This document shows positions 37,848 through 50,100 of a stretch of DNA of 64,000 bases, piece by piece. Each line of letters begins with the position of its first letter. Position 1 is the first letter of the stretch. This DNA comes from Macrostomum lignano (lineage: Eukaryota). The notes beneath the pieces were generated by a model, which saw only the letters and a program-made list of their open reading frames with translations, did no database searches and was not told where the DNA came from. The position numbers and the translations under genes are program-made. The stretch spans positions 1 through 64,000 of the forward strand of contig NIVC01001106.1 of the NCBI GenBank assembly GCA_002269645.1, given 5' to 3'.

Positions 37848-38922
37848 CTCCTATCCTTTATCCTTGATATCCCATCCTTTATCCTCAATATACCATCCTT
37901 TATCCTTAATATCCCATCCCTTATCCTCAATATCCCATCCTTTATCCTTAATATCCCATTCTTCATCCGCAATATCTATCCTTTATCCTCAATATCCCAT
38001 CCTTTATCCTTAATATCCCATCCTTTATCCTTAATATCCCATCCTTTATCCTCAATATGCCATCCTTTATCCTTAATATCCCATCCTTTATCCTCAATAT
38101 GCCATCCTTTATCCTTAATATCATATCCTTTATCCTCGATATCCCATCCTTTATCCTTAATATCCCATCCTTTATCCTCAATATCCCATCCTTTATCCTC
38201 AATATGCCATCCTTTATCCTCGATATCCCATCCTTTATCCTCAATATGCCATCCTTTATCCTCGATATCCCATCCTTTATCCTTAATATCATATCCTATA
38301 TCCTCAATATCCCATCCTTTATCCTCGATATCCCATCCTTTATCCTCAATATCCCATCCTTTATCCTTAATATCATATCCTTTATCCTCAATATCCCATC
38401 CTTTATCCTTAATATCCCATCCTTCATCCGCAATATCTATCCTTTATCCTTGATATCACATCCTTTATCCTCAATATGCCATCCTTTATCCTTAATATCC
38501 CACCCTTTATCCTCAATATGCCATCCTTTATCCTCAATATCCCATCCTTTATCCTCAATATGCCATCCTTTATCCTCGATGTCCCATCCTTTATCATTAA
38601 TATCATATCCTTTATCCTCAATATCCCATCCTTTATCCTCGATATCCCATCCTTTATCCTCAATATGCCATCCTTTATCCTTAATATCCCATCCTTTATC
38701 CTTAATATCATATCCTTTATCCTCAATATCCCATCCTTTATCCTCAATATGCCATCCTTTATCCTCAATATTCCATCCTTTATCCTCAATATTCCATCCT
38801 TTATCCTTAATATTCCATCCTTTATCCTTAATATCCCATCCTTTATCCTCAATATGCCATCCTTTATCCTTAATATCCCATCCTTTATCTCCATAATCCC
38901 ATCCTTTATTCCCAATATCCCA
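37848..38922. repeat. 21-bp minisatellite ATCCCATCCTTTATCCTCAAT
   Basis: Read directly. Confidence 0.95.
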
Positions 38923-39489
38923 TCTTAAGTCCTCTACAGTCAACTCTACATCTACATGAAAATATACAAAAAGTAAATAATGAAAATTTTGCAGAATCGT
39001 AAGTGGAGGGAAGTCAAAAAAAGGTGGGACCAATTCAAAACCTTTAAATCTGACAACTCAACATTACGAAGTTTGTCACAGAATGTGTTCGGGGAGCATT
39101 TGAGTCAAGCACTAACCTGGCTAGGCAGACAATAGCATATAAAAAATGAAAGTATCAGACAATAAAGAAAGAAAGTCAATAAAAAGCGTACAGCGGATTT
39201 CAGTAGTGCTAGTAGCGTTTTGCGAGAGAAAAGTTTTCATTAATTTCTGAATTTAAGTTCATTTGCAAAAAGGCATAAAAACATGTTACGAATACGAAAG
39301 AATCACGTTTCACCTTAGCTGAATATTTGTAAAACTGAAGCCCACTGCTCACCTCATCTCGATTCTGACGATTTTAACATAAAATTTCAACATTCAGGTA
39401 CCTGGATTTCTAACTAAAATCGAAATTTTAATGTCTATTAAGTTTTTACGAGTTTAAACTAACGACAGAGGTTTCACAAGTTCCTAAGA

Positions 39490-40282
39490 ACCATCAAGGA
39501 CTCCCCCTATTCACTCAAAACCATCATGGACTCCCCCTATTCACTCAAAACCATCATAGACTCTCCCTATTCACTCAAAACCATCATGGACTCTCCCTAT
39601 TCACTCAAAACCATCATAGACTCTCCCTATTCACTCAAAACCATCATGGACTCCCCCTATTCACTCAAAACCATCATAGACTCTCCCTATTCACTCAAAA
39701 CCATCATGGACTCTCCCTATTCACTCAAAACCATCATGGACTCTCCCTATTCACTCAAAACCATCATGGACTCTCCCTATTCACTCAAAACCATAATTGA
39801 TTCCCTATTCACTCAAAACCATCATGGACTCTCCCTATTCACTCAAAACCATCATGGACTCTCCCTATTCACTCAAAACCATCATGGACTCTTCCTATTC
39901 ACTCAAAACCATAATTGATTCCCTATTCACTCAAAACCATAATTGATTCCCTATTCACTCAAAACCATAATTTGATTCCCTATTCACTCAAAACCATAAT
40001 TGATTCCCTATTCACTCAAAACCATAATTGATTCCCTATTCACTCAAAACCATAATTTGATTCCCTATTCACTCAAAACCATAATTGATTCCCTATTCAC
40101 TCAAAACCATAATTGATTCCCTATTCACTCAAAACCATAATTGATTCCCTATTCACTGAAAACCATAATTTGATTCCCTATTCACTCAAAACCATAATTG
40201 ATTCCCTATTCACTCAAAACCATAATTTGATTCCCTATTCACTCAAAACCATAATTTGATTCCCTATTCACTCTAAACCATC
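39490..40282. repeat. 30-bp array (CATGGACTCTCCCTATTCACTCAAAACCAT) changing into a 28-29-bp array (AATTGATTCCCTATTCACTCAAAACCAT)
   Basis: Read directly. Confidence 0.93.
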
Positions 40283-40302
40283 ATGAGCCTGTCTCAACGC
40301 TG

Positions 40303-40693
40303 TCACTCGCCCCTAGGTAGTTGGCCATTTTTCCCGGTCCAGAGCATTGGATCAAATTTGACATCGCAGCCCATCGCCAGCAGAGCCGCTTTGGCCTCGT
40401 CTTTGCAGACGGCAAGCAGGCCGTTCATCAGCGACTCCATGCCGTGCGTCAGCAGCGCGGGCCGAACCAGGCCGCCAGAATCCGCTGAGTCGTCGCGAGC
40501 GGCCACATTGCGAACGCACAGGCAGAGCTGGCGCATCAGGGCGGAGTCTGGCCGGTGAAGAGCGGCCAGCAGGGACAGCAGCGCCGGGCCGGGCAGCTCG
40601 GCGGCAAATCGGCGGGCCGTGGCCGGCTGACGGAGGCACAGGTTGGCGGCCAGGCCTAGGAACTGGTGCGCCACCGGGGCCTGCTTGGCGAAT
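40303..40693 (-). CDS. armc6: Armadillo repeat-containing protein 6-like, exon 3
   Basis: Acceptor TTGCGCAG|A in phase 2; C-terminal CKDEAKAALLAMGCDVKFDPMLWTG resembles the ARMC6 end. Confidence 0.8.
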
Positions 40694-40705
40694 CTGCGCA
40701 ATTTT

Positions 40706-41312
40706 GGGGCGGATAACTGGGGACTGAATGGGGCGGATAACTGGGGACTGAATGGGGCGGATAACTGGGGACTGAATGGGGCGGATAACTGGGGAGTGAA
40801 TGGGGCGGATAACTGGGGGTAAAGGGGGCGGAAAACTGGAGGTTGAAGGGGTGGAAACTGAGGGTGAAGGGGGCGGATAACTGGGGAGTGAATGGGGCGG
40901 ATAACTGGAGACTGAATAGGGCAGATAACTGGAGACTGAATAGGGCGGATAACTGGGGAGTGAATGGGGCGGATAACTGGGGGTAAAGGGGGCGGAAAAC
41001 TGGAGGTTGAAGGGGGTGGAAACTGAGGGTGAAGGGGGCGGATAACTGGGGAGTGAATGGGGCGGATAACTGGAGACTGAATAGGGCAGATAACTGGGGA
41101 GTGAATGGGGCGGATAACTGGGGAGTGAATGGGGCGGATAACTGGAGACTGAATAGGGCGGATAACTGGGGACCGAATGGCGCGGATAACTGGGGGTGAA
41201 GGGGGCGGAAAACTGGGGGGTGAAGGGGGCAGAAAACTGGGGGTTGAAGGGGGCGGAAAACTGGGGGTGAAGGGGGCGGAAACTGGGGTGAAGGGGGCGG
41301 AAAACTGGAGGA
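40706..41312. repeat. 24-bp G-rich minisatellite GGGGCGGATAACTGGGGACTGAAT (ARMC6 intron 2)
   Basis: Read directly. Confidence 0.9.
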
Positions 41313-41351
41313 CTCAAAAGCTGGCGGGCTACCAGCTGCAGTAGAACTCAC

Positions 41352-41680
41352 TTGGTAGCCACATCCAGCAGCACGGGCAGGTGCTCAGCGGCCGCCCGTT
41401 TAACCTGATCGTTGCGGGCCAGATTGCGCAATAATCCCATGCCGGAGGCGGCCAGCTGAGGCTCCTGGCTGTGCGCGTAAATTGCGCCAACAATGAAATC
41501 GCAGGCGCCCAGTTCTAAAGCTCGCTGACAGAATTCGTCGCGCACGGCCAGACAGGCTAAGGTGTCGAACACTCGGGCCACTGTGCGGGCCGACTCTGGC
41601 CGATTGTAGCGGCGGCACAGGCGCAGCAGTAGGGCGAGAGCCGGGGTCTCCGACATCACTTGGCGAGCTCGTTCGTGAGC
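41352..41680 (-). CDS. armc6: ARMC6-like exon 2
   Basis: Acceptor CTGGCCAG|GCT CAC GAA; LACLAVRDEFCQRALELG, LRNLARNDQVK; donor AA|GTGAG. Confidence 0.85.
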
Positions 41681-41717
41681 CTGGCCAGAGCATTGGTTAG
41701 TGGTATAAGTTTACCCA

Positions 41718-41962
41718 TTGGATCACTGAACCCTAACCAATGATCACTGAACCCTAACCAATGATCACTGAACCCTAACCAATGATCACTGAACCCTAAC
41801 CAATGATCACTGAACCCTAACCAATGATCACTGAACCCTAACCAATGATCACTGAACCCTAACCAATGATCACTGAACCCTAACCAATGATCACTGAGCC
41901 CTAACCAATGATCACTGAACCCTACCCAATGATCACTGAACCCTAACCAATGATCACTGATC
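41718..41962. repeat. 21-bp minisatellite CCAATGATCACTGAACCCTAA (ARMC6 intron 1)
   Basis: Read directly. Confidence 0.93.
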
Positions 41963-41964
41963 CC

Positions 41965-42918
41965 CACTCAATAATCACACAAAACTACTCCATAATCACA
42001 CAAACCTACTCAATAATCACACAAACCTACTCAATAATCACACAAACCTACTCAATAATCACACAAACCTACTCAATAATCACACAAACCTACTCAATAA
42101 TCACACAAACCTACTCAATAATCACACAAAACTACTCAATAATCACACAAAACTACTCAATAATCACACAAAACTACTCAATAATCACACAAAACTACTC
42201 AATAATCACACAAAACTACTCAATAATCACACAAAACTACTCAATAATCACATCAACCTACTCAATAATCACACAAAACTACTCAATAATCACACAAAAC
42301 TACTCAATAATCACACAAACCTACTCAAATACCACACAAACCTACTCAATAATCACACAAAACTACTCAATAATCACACAAAACTACTCAATAATCACAC
42401 AAAACTACTCAATAATCACACAAAACTACTCAATAATCACATCAACCTACTCAATAATCACACAAAACTACTCAATAATCACATCAACCTACTCAATAAT
42501 CACACAAAACTACTCAATAATCACACAAAACTACTCAATAATCACACAAACCTACTCAATAATCACACAAACCTACTCAATAATCACACAAAACTACTCA
42601 ATAATCACACAAAACTACTCAATAATCACACAAACCTACTCAAATACCACACAAACCTACTCAATAATCACACAAAACTACTCAATAATCACATCAACCT
42701 ACTCAATAATCACACAAAACTACTCAATAATCACACAAAACTACTCAATAATCACACAAACCTACTCAAATATCACACAAACCTACTCAATAATCACACA
42801 AAACTACTCAATAATCACACAAAACTACTCAATAATCACACAAACCTACTCAAATACCACACAAACCTACTCAATAATCACACAAAACTACTCAATAATC
42901 ACACAAACCTACTCAAAA
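41965..42918. repeat. 21-bp minisatellite AATAATCACACAAA(A/C)CTACTC (ARMC6 intron 1)
   Basis: Read directly. Confidence 0.95.
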
Positions 42919-43011
42919 ATCTACACAGTGCTCAAGAGCTCGCATTACCAAACAGGCACTCCCAGTTAGGAGCTCCCAAGACAGCTGATATCACGGACAT
43001 CCCATACTCAC

Positions 43012-43821
43012 CTGGCCAACAACCGCCCGAACATCATCGTCCAGAGTGAGCAGGCGAAACAGCCGACAGGCCTGACAGATCAAAGCTTCCCTTCCTGGCT
43101 GAGTTCTCATCAGTCGAGCCAGCATTGGCACCAGGCCGTTGAGCACCAACAGCTGACGGTTGGCCTCGTTCAGCACACACGAGCTGCCAAGGACGCCTAG
43201 CAGGGCGGTGAGCTCAGCAGCCGATTCAGGCGTGCCTTCGTCAGCCGCCTCCTCCTCTTCGGCTTCAACACACGCATCGCCAGTCTCGGCCACAGCATTT
43301 TCCGCTACTACTACTTCTCCATCAGCAGTAGTATCAGCCACTCCAGCCAATAGCTTAGCCCTAGCCAGCAGGCCGATCAGCTGATTAGAATTCAGCGCAT
43401 CCGATTGCTGTTTCAATAGGCGTCGGAGACAGCGCAGCGCGGCGCAGGCTACGGAGGAATCCGACGGCTCAGAAGCCAGGCTCAGCAGTGCGGGCGCGAC
43501 GCGAAGCTGGGCAGCCAGAACCCGATGAGGCAAGCCGGCAGCTAGCTGATGGGACAGCTCGCCAATCTGGCTGAGTAGCTGGTCCTTGGTTTGAGTAGCC
43601 ACAGAGTCAGCTGACAACACGACAGCGTTAACAGCCAGCACAAGAGGATGCCGACCCTCCGGATAAAGCGGCAAGTCCTGCACTATCAAACCAATAGAAG
43701 CTTTCTGAGCCTCCAGCTGTTTAACAGCATCTTCGATTGCTTCATCTGGCGGCATGTCGAATTCGTCAATATTCTCGCGTACCAGACTGTTGTAGGTGTC
43801 CTGCGACACTGGCCGGGACAT
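43012..43821 (-). CDS. armc6: ARMC6-like exon 1
   Basis: N-terminus VSQDTYNSLVRENIDEFDMPPDEAIEDAVKQLEAQ matches the ARMC6 signature; CRLFRLLTLDDDVRAVVGQ|AHERARQ continuity across the intron; donor CAG|GTGAGT. Three exons give ~509 aa. Confidence 0.85.
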
Positions 43822-44002
43822 TTCAAGCTGATTTTGAGCTGCAATAAATCCAATAGATAGTCATAATAAGCTTACAATACTACTGAAATTAAAGTAGCAT
43901 AAAAACTGGAATCACAAACCTGTACAGTAGACGAGAGTAATGCTACTTTCAGTAGCAAAACTAGCGTTTTAATGATTTTTTAAGTCAACTGAAAATCGAG
44001 AA

Positions 44003-45062
44003 GGAAACTACACAAGTCACCCAAAACTACACAAGAGTCACCCCAAACTACACAAGAGTCACCCGAAACTACACAAGAGTCACTCAAAACTACACAAGTC
44101 ACCCAAAACTACACAAGAGTCACCCGAAACTACACAAGAGTCACCCGAAGCTACACAAGAGTCATCCGAAACTACACAAGTCACTCGAAACTACACAAGA
44201 GTCACCTGAAGCTACACAAGAGTCACCCGAAACTACACAAGAGTCACCTGAAGCTACACAAGAGTCACCCGAAGCTACACAAGAGTCACCCGAAGCTACA
44301 CAAGAGTCCCCCGAAACTACACAAGAGTCACCCGAAACTACACAAGAGTCACCTGAAGCTACACAAAAGTCAGCCGAAGCTACACAAGAGTCACCCGAAG
44401 CTACACAAGAGTCACCCGAAACTACACAAGAGTCACCCGAAACTACACAAGAGTCACCCGAAACTACACAAGAGTCACCCGAAACTACACAAGAGTCACA
44501 TGAAACTACACAAAAGTCAGCCGAAACTACACAAGAGTCCCCCGAAACTACACACGAGTCACCTGAAACTACACAAGAGTCACCTGAAACTACACAAGAG
44601 TCACATGAAACTACACAAAAGTCAGCCGAAACTACACAAGAGTCACCCGAAACTACACAAGAGTTACCCGAAACTACACAAGAGTCCCCCGAAACTACAC
44701 ACGAGTCACCTGAAACTACACAAGAGTCACCTGAAACTACACAAGAGTCACCTGAAACTACACAAGAGTCACCTGAAACTACACAAGAGTCACCTGAAAC
44801 TACACACGAGTCACCTGAAACTACAAAAGAGTCACCTGAAACTACACACGAGTCACCTGAAACTACAAAAGAGTCACCTGAAACTACACGAGAGTCACTC
44901 GAAACTACACGAGAGTCACTCGAAACTACACAAGTCACCCGAAACCACACAAGAGTCACCTGAAACTACACAAAAGTCACCCGAAACTACACAAGAGTCA
45001 CCCGAAACTACACAAGTCACCCGAAACTACACAAGAGTCACCTGAAACTACACAAGTCACTT
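44003..45062. repeat. 21-bp minisatellite GAAACTACACAAGAGTCACCC
   Basis: Read directly. Confidence 0.95.
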
Positions 45063-45907
45063 AAAACTACTCAATATTCGAGTGCCGAAAACCTACTCAA
45101 TAGCCACCCTTCAAGTCAGACTCCTGACTAATTCTAAGGCTAAAAATAAAAAAATGAAAGCAGAAAAATTATAACAGTTATTCAGGTAACAGAGAAATGC
45201 ATGGCAAGAGCATTTATTAACGCATATACAAAGTGTAAACTGACAGCTGGAAAACAGACAGTTTTTTTATTTCTTGAAAACTCGCATGCATTAAATCCAA
45301 TTCAAATAGACGCCAGCATTGACGCGTATTAGAAACTAGACCTATCGCTTGGCACAAATTTGAATTAAATAAAATGGATTTGACTAACTGTCAATACTCG
45401 TAGATATCTTACCACCTTTGTTATAAACGAGCCGTAATTAAACGTTAATTACCAATAAACCACTCAACTTGATAAGCATTCAAAGCGAGGATTTAGTCTA
45501 AGGTGGAAAGTATCTGGGAATAAAGGTGGAAATCAAATTCAATAGCTGATGCAGATACGCACTTTAGTCGCAACTCAGTGCTTCTACAGATACGACTTTA
45601 CAGTTCCAAAGTGGTTTCAAATTTTTAGACAATAAAACGCCCCAAATTGACACTTAGGCGACTCTTTGACGACTTTTTGGCAACTTGTACGGCGACATCT
45701 TGTTTTATAATAAAGTCGTCTAAAGTCAAAACGACGCAAGTGACAATGGGACGCTTCTTAGCCTAGGTAACGTTCTCATCGGGCAGAATGGGGCAATGTC
45801 GCTTAAAGTGCACCAGGGTGCACACAACCCCTTACCTCTAATAAATAATTCGAGCTTATAAAAGATCCCCCCAGCAGCAGAGATAAAAGCAGTTCCAAAA
45901 CTGAAAT

Positions 45908-46450
45908 TCAGCCTTCCGGCCGGAATTTGCGCTGCTCAGCGATGGCCCGCAGCTTCTCGGCGAAGCTGGCCCGCAGCGCGCCCAGCCGGTTTCGCTGCTC
46001 CTCCGCTCGCGTCGCTTTTGGCGCTTTGGCGCCGCCCAGAGCCAATTGCAACTCGGCTGCGGCGAGCTTCTCGCGCCTACGCTGGCGCTCTAATTGGCGC
46101 CTGGCGCGCGATTGACCCCGGCCAAACACCAGCGCTCTGGCGGCGTCCTCTGTCTCTGCAGCCGGCGTGTCCTCGGGTTTAGCCTTAGTCCCTTCAGCTT
46201 GAGCCTCAGCAGCATCAGGCTTGGCCGTTGAGCCACTTTTCTTATAACTGACTGTCACCCAGCCGTCAGAGTCTGGCAGTCGGGACTGGCGTCGCTCCTC
46301 TTTGTCAGCCGCTTCGTAATACCTGGCTAACAGCAGCTGGCAGTCCTGCAGCACAGAGTCCTCCTGCTGTCTGGGCACCAGCTGCAGCGTGTCCCTAATG
46401 TACTCTTGGCGCATTGATTCAATTTGCTGTATAGCGTTTGCAGACTGCAT
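45908..46450 (-). CDS. rrp7a: Ribosomal RNA-processing protein 7 (RRP7A)-like C-terminal domain, 180 aa
   Basis: LPDSDGWVTVSYKK motif and terminal RKFRP, both typical of the RRP7 C-terminal domain; no RRM seen. Confidence 0.7.
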   Translation of the reverse strand: MQSANAIQQIESMRQEYIRDTLQLVPRQQEDSVLQDCQLLLARYYEAADKEERRQSRLPDSDGWVTVSYKKSGSTAKPDAAEAQAEGTKAKPEDTPAAETEDAARALVFGRGQSRARRQLERQRRREKLAAAELQLALGGAKAPKATRAEEQRNRLGALRASFAEKLRAIAEQRKFRPEG

Positions 46451-48609
46451 CGCCTAGTCTAGTCATGAAATATTTGTTGTTCCGATTTAGATTGATCAAA
46501 TCTGTAAGAACTCTTCAGGCAATGTACATGAAAAAAGACACATTAATATGAGTTCTGTGGAAAGTAGACTGGAACCCTAAAACCCATGGTGCAACCAGGG
46601 AGGGGACCTGCCCCCACTTTGATACAGACCCAGAAAAAATGCAAGTGGGACCAAAATACAGGCCTAATCCTCTGCCCTCCCTTTAGGTCTTCACACTTTG
46701 GATCTGCCCCCTCTTTCTTTACTAAATTTCTAGTTGTCTGTTGGCAAATTATTTATTTGTTTTCTGGCAGACAAATAGGTTGCAATGTGAGTCCTAGTTG
46801 ATATAGAAATAAGGCAGTCAGATTCAACTATTACTAATACCATAATATTGCATTATATATATTCACATAGAACTAAGTGAAATCAAACAAACCTAATTTA
46901 CTTATTTAAATAGAAGTTGCATATATGGCATATTATAGCTTTGCAATACTTTTATTACTTTTTGTATGTACACAATATAATAAATAACATGTTAATATAG
47001 ATTGTAAAGCATAAACTTTTTAGAATTTTCTTAATTATGTATTGTTTTATATAATTATATAATTAAAAAATAGAATAATTATCAATATAACAATATTCAA
47101 TTCTCTAAATAATATACCTATTCAAAAGTAAAATATATGTATTTCTATATAGGGCCTACTTACCTCTTTTATTTATAAGCAACACCAAAATGAAACTATT
47201 TTAAATTGTGCTTTATAATACTAAATAAAATGTATATATAAAATATATGTAATGTATCTTTATATCTATTTTAAAAGTAATCCTATTTTGTACTTACTTC
47301 ACAGTATGCATTATTTGTATTTGTATTCTATTTATATTTTACTATACTTTTTACTATATATATTTATAATTTAAAGTTTGCATAACTGGTTTATAACATA
47401 CTCTTTGTTTTATTTCTCAATATTAACTAATATACATGTATAATAAATTGTCGCATCATCAGATTTGTCATAAGGGTTTGCCACTTTGATTCAGCACCTA
47501 TTGATTGAAAATTCAAATTATGGTCTTTGGCAATTCTTTTTATTACAAATACAAATTTTGAATTGTAAGAGCTCTATATCTATTATATTAGGTATTTCTA
47601 AGATTTACATAGCTCATAGGCTAGCCTAACTAGTTAGTTTTTTACAAAACTATATCAATGTTTAATATTTTTAATTTTAATTTTTAAGTTTAATATATTT
47701 TGTGTTTTGTTATTTTAAACTAACTAGCCTAATGCAATAAACTCACTAAAGTCCCTAGGGCCAATAACAAACAAAACATGATATTTATATATAACAATAC
47801 CTGAAAATTCTATACCCTAAATCAGCTAAGTGTATGCCAAGATTCTAGGCCTATGGTATTCTAAGTGAAGGGCTAAAAAACATAATTTTTGGCATAAAAG
47901 CCACCTTATAGTTTGGACTAGGCCTAGGCCTATAGATGGCCTAGTGGCCTTAGCCATGCCCATGGCATAGGAGATTTATATGTAGGGTATAAAACACTTT
48001 ATATAAACATATATCTATTTTGAGTATAAGATTTCTTGAGTTTGACTGTTTGAAGAGTGTTTTAACAATGCCATTTCATTACTTATGATGTCATTCAGCA
48101 ATAGGGCCTACTTTATAGACCTATTCATATTTCAAAATTATAATCCATAATAAATTACTAGATGCAAGTTGTCTTGTCATTTTAGAAAATATTAGGCCTA
48201 CTGGTGGTGTGGTCTATATATGTAGGTCGATTTTTAAACAATACAGACAGTGAGAAAATATATGTCTGACAATACAATATGACACTTATTCACTTAACTC
48301 TACAATTACATAAAAGTTAGCCATTGTGTCGGTAGGGGGTACAATAGCGAAAATTAGTAGGCCTAATCGAACAAGAAATAATAGCTAATAGGGGCTAACT
48401 AAGTGATAAAGCTTTGCAAAAAATGCGTTTAGAGATTTCTAAAATTACTTGCAAAAGCCAAGCTATCACTATTATTTGTGGTGCTTGTTACTTATTGTTT
48501 AAGTTTTAAACAGTACAACTACTGTAAAATTAAAAAATGATGCCAGTCAACTTGTCAACAAGTTCGTGCGTGCGCGCAACGGAATTTCCAAAAAATGACC
48601 ATTTGAAAA

Positions 48610-48991
48610 GGGTCTCCCTAAAACACGCCCCGCACAGCCCCGACCGCTACACATTATAACATTTTTTGTCAATGCAGTATTTGATTGCAGAGGAAAGTAT
48701 TTGTTGTAAGAGTAATGGAATAAATAAATTCAATTATCATTCTAAATAATAGCATTATTTTTCATTTTTTCGTTTCTATTATAAAATTATAGTATTATTA
48801 TTTTACTAATATTACTATTTATATCACTTATTATTCACCGAATTGTATATTTCATAGTAAAAAAAACTAAATTCGATACAAACTTGAAGCTTAACAGAGA
48901 TCTAACTAACTTTGAAATGTCTTCAGTTTAGCCAAATTTGTTATAATGTGTAGCGGTTCGGGGCGGCGCGGGGCGTGTTTTAGGGAGACCC
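48610..48991. mobile_element. Non-autonomous DNA transposon (MITE), Mutator/MULE-like, 382 bp
   Basis: ~51-bp TIRs (GGGTCTCCCTAAAACACGCCCCGC...CCGCTACACATTATAAC) and a perfect 9-bp TSD ATTTGAAAA at 48601-48609 and 48992-49000. Confidence 0.88.
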
Positions 48992-49499
48992 ATTTGAAAA
49001 TGCTGTCAATGCTGTTAGGTGCTGTCAAACAATTTTAATTTGAAAAACATTGAAAAGCTCATCTCCGCAGCGTATTCTTCAGTGAAAACCAGCAGCCCCT
49101 TAATTTTTTGAAAGAAAAGTAGTTTCCCGTCCTTCTACTTAAGTATACTCCTTTGGGAACACTATAGGAGTTAAAGTCTAATTCCCTCCTAGTGATCCTC
49201 GCACTTTTACAGTAGGTCGTCAGATTATCTTGCAACAACTGGTTGCGAATAGGGTACGCCTTAAATGAGGACCAAACCACAAATACGAGCTATAATGCCT
49301 GCTGGTGAGAAAAAATTCAAGAAATTAAAAAGCTGTATTTGTACATGTATAAGGAGTTGGTCAAATTTGATGCCTACGTTACATGTACGTGCGTTTGAAA
49401 CTGGTGAATGTACACATTGCAATGTACAGGTATAAAATACATTAATACCGACAGGTATATTAATGTATATGCCATGGAAAAGTTTGTAGGATTGTGCAA

Positions 49500-50100
49500 G
49501 CTAGTTTATAGTAAATAAATTGATGGGTTTCGACCTTCGGGCTCCTTGTTAGGGAAGCCTTCGGGCCTCAGGCTCAGAAATAAATCAATTAGAGACCTGG
49601 CCCCCCACTCCTGTCAGATGGTCAGCCCCATGGTAGCTTGATCGTGTGGCGAGCAGTCTAGGTCATAGCTAAGAGAGGGACAGCGAGAGACGAGCAGAGA
49701 GAATTTTGAAAGTAGAAATTAGCTAATCCGCAGATCAACTAACTTGCTGCCACCAGCCCGTGCGCCCTGGCTCACCACACCGGGACTCTCGAAATCGGGC
49801 TTCCGATTAGAAGGGGCTTTGCACTTACCTGCCAACTAGTGTCTTTTTGCTGTCTATCTCGAAGTCATAGCCGATGATATAAGGGACACTGCTGGGACTA
49901 GATCGCATTGGCCATGCAGGTACAGAGGGGACTTGTGCAGGGGATTCTTGCAGTGGCGAGTCTATGGGGTAGCTACATGTACTATTACATTGCTAAATAC
50001 GAAGATATGTACTTTTGGCCTTCAACACGCCAACTAGCCTCTCATAGCGCTGATGATAGACTAACTTGAACTTCAGAGACCGCATGATTCTTTACCCGAG
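49500..50100 (-). mobile_element. Possible degenerate Penelope-like retroelement 3' end (GIY-YIG remnant plus hammerhead-like motif)
   Basis: Broken translation HRLA-HCKNPLHKSPLYLH ... GR*VQ-ALLI..RKP; downstream CCTAACAAGGAGCCCGAAGGTCGAAACCCATC. Needs several frameshifts to read. Confidence 0.25.

Noticed and set aside
41718-41962. CCCTAA in every unit, suggesting telomeric sequence
   Set aside because: Single hexamer per 21-bp unit, never tandem, and located in an intron.
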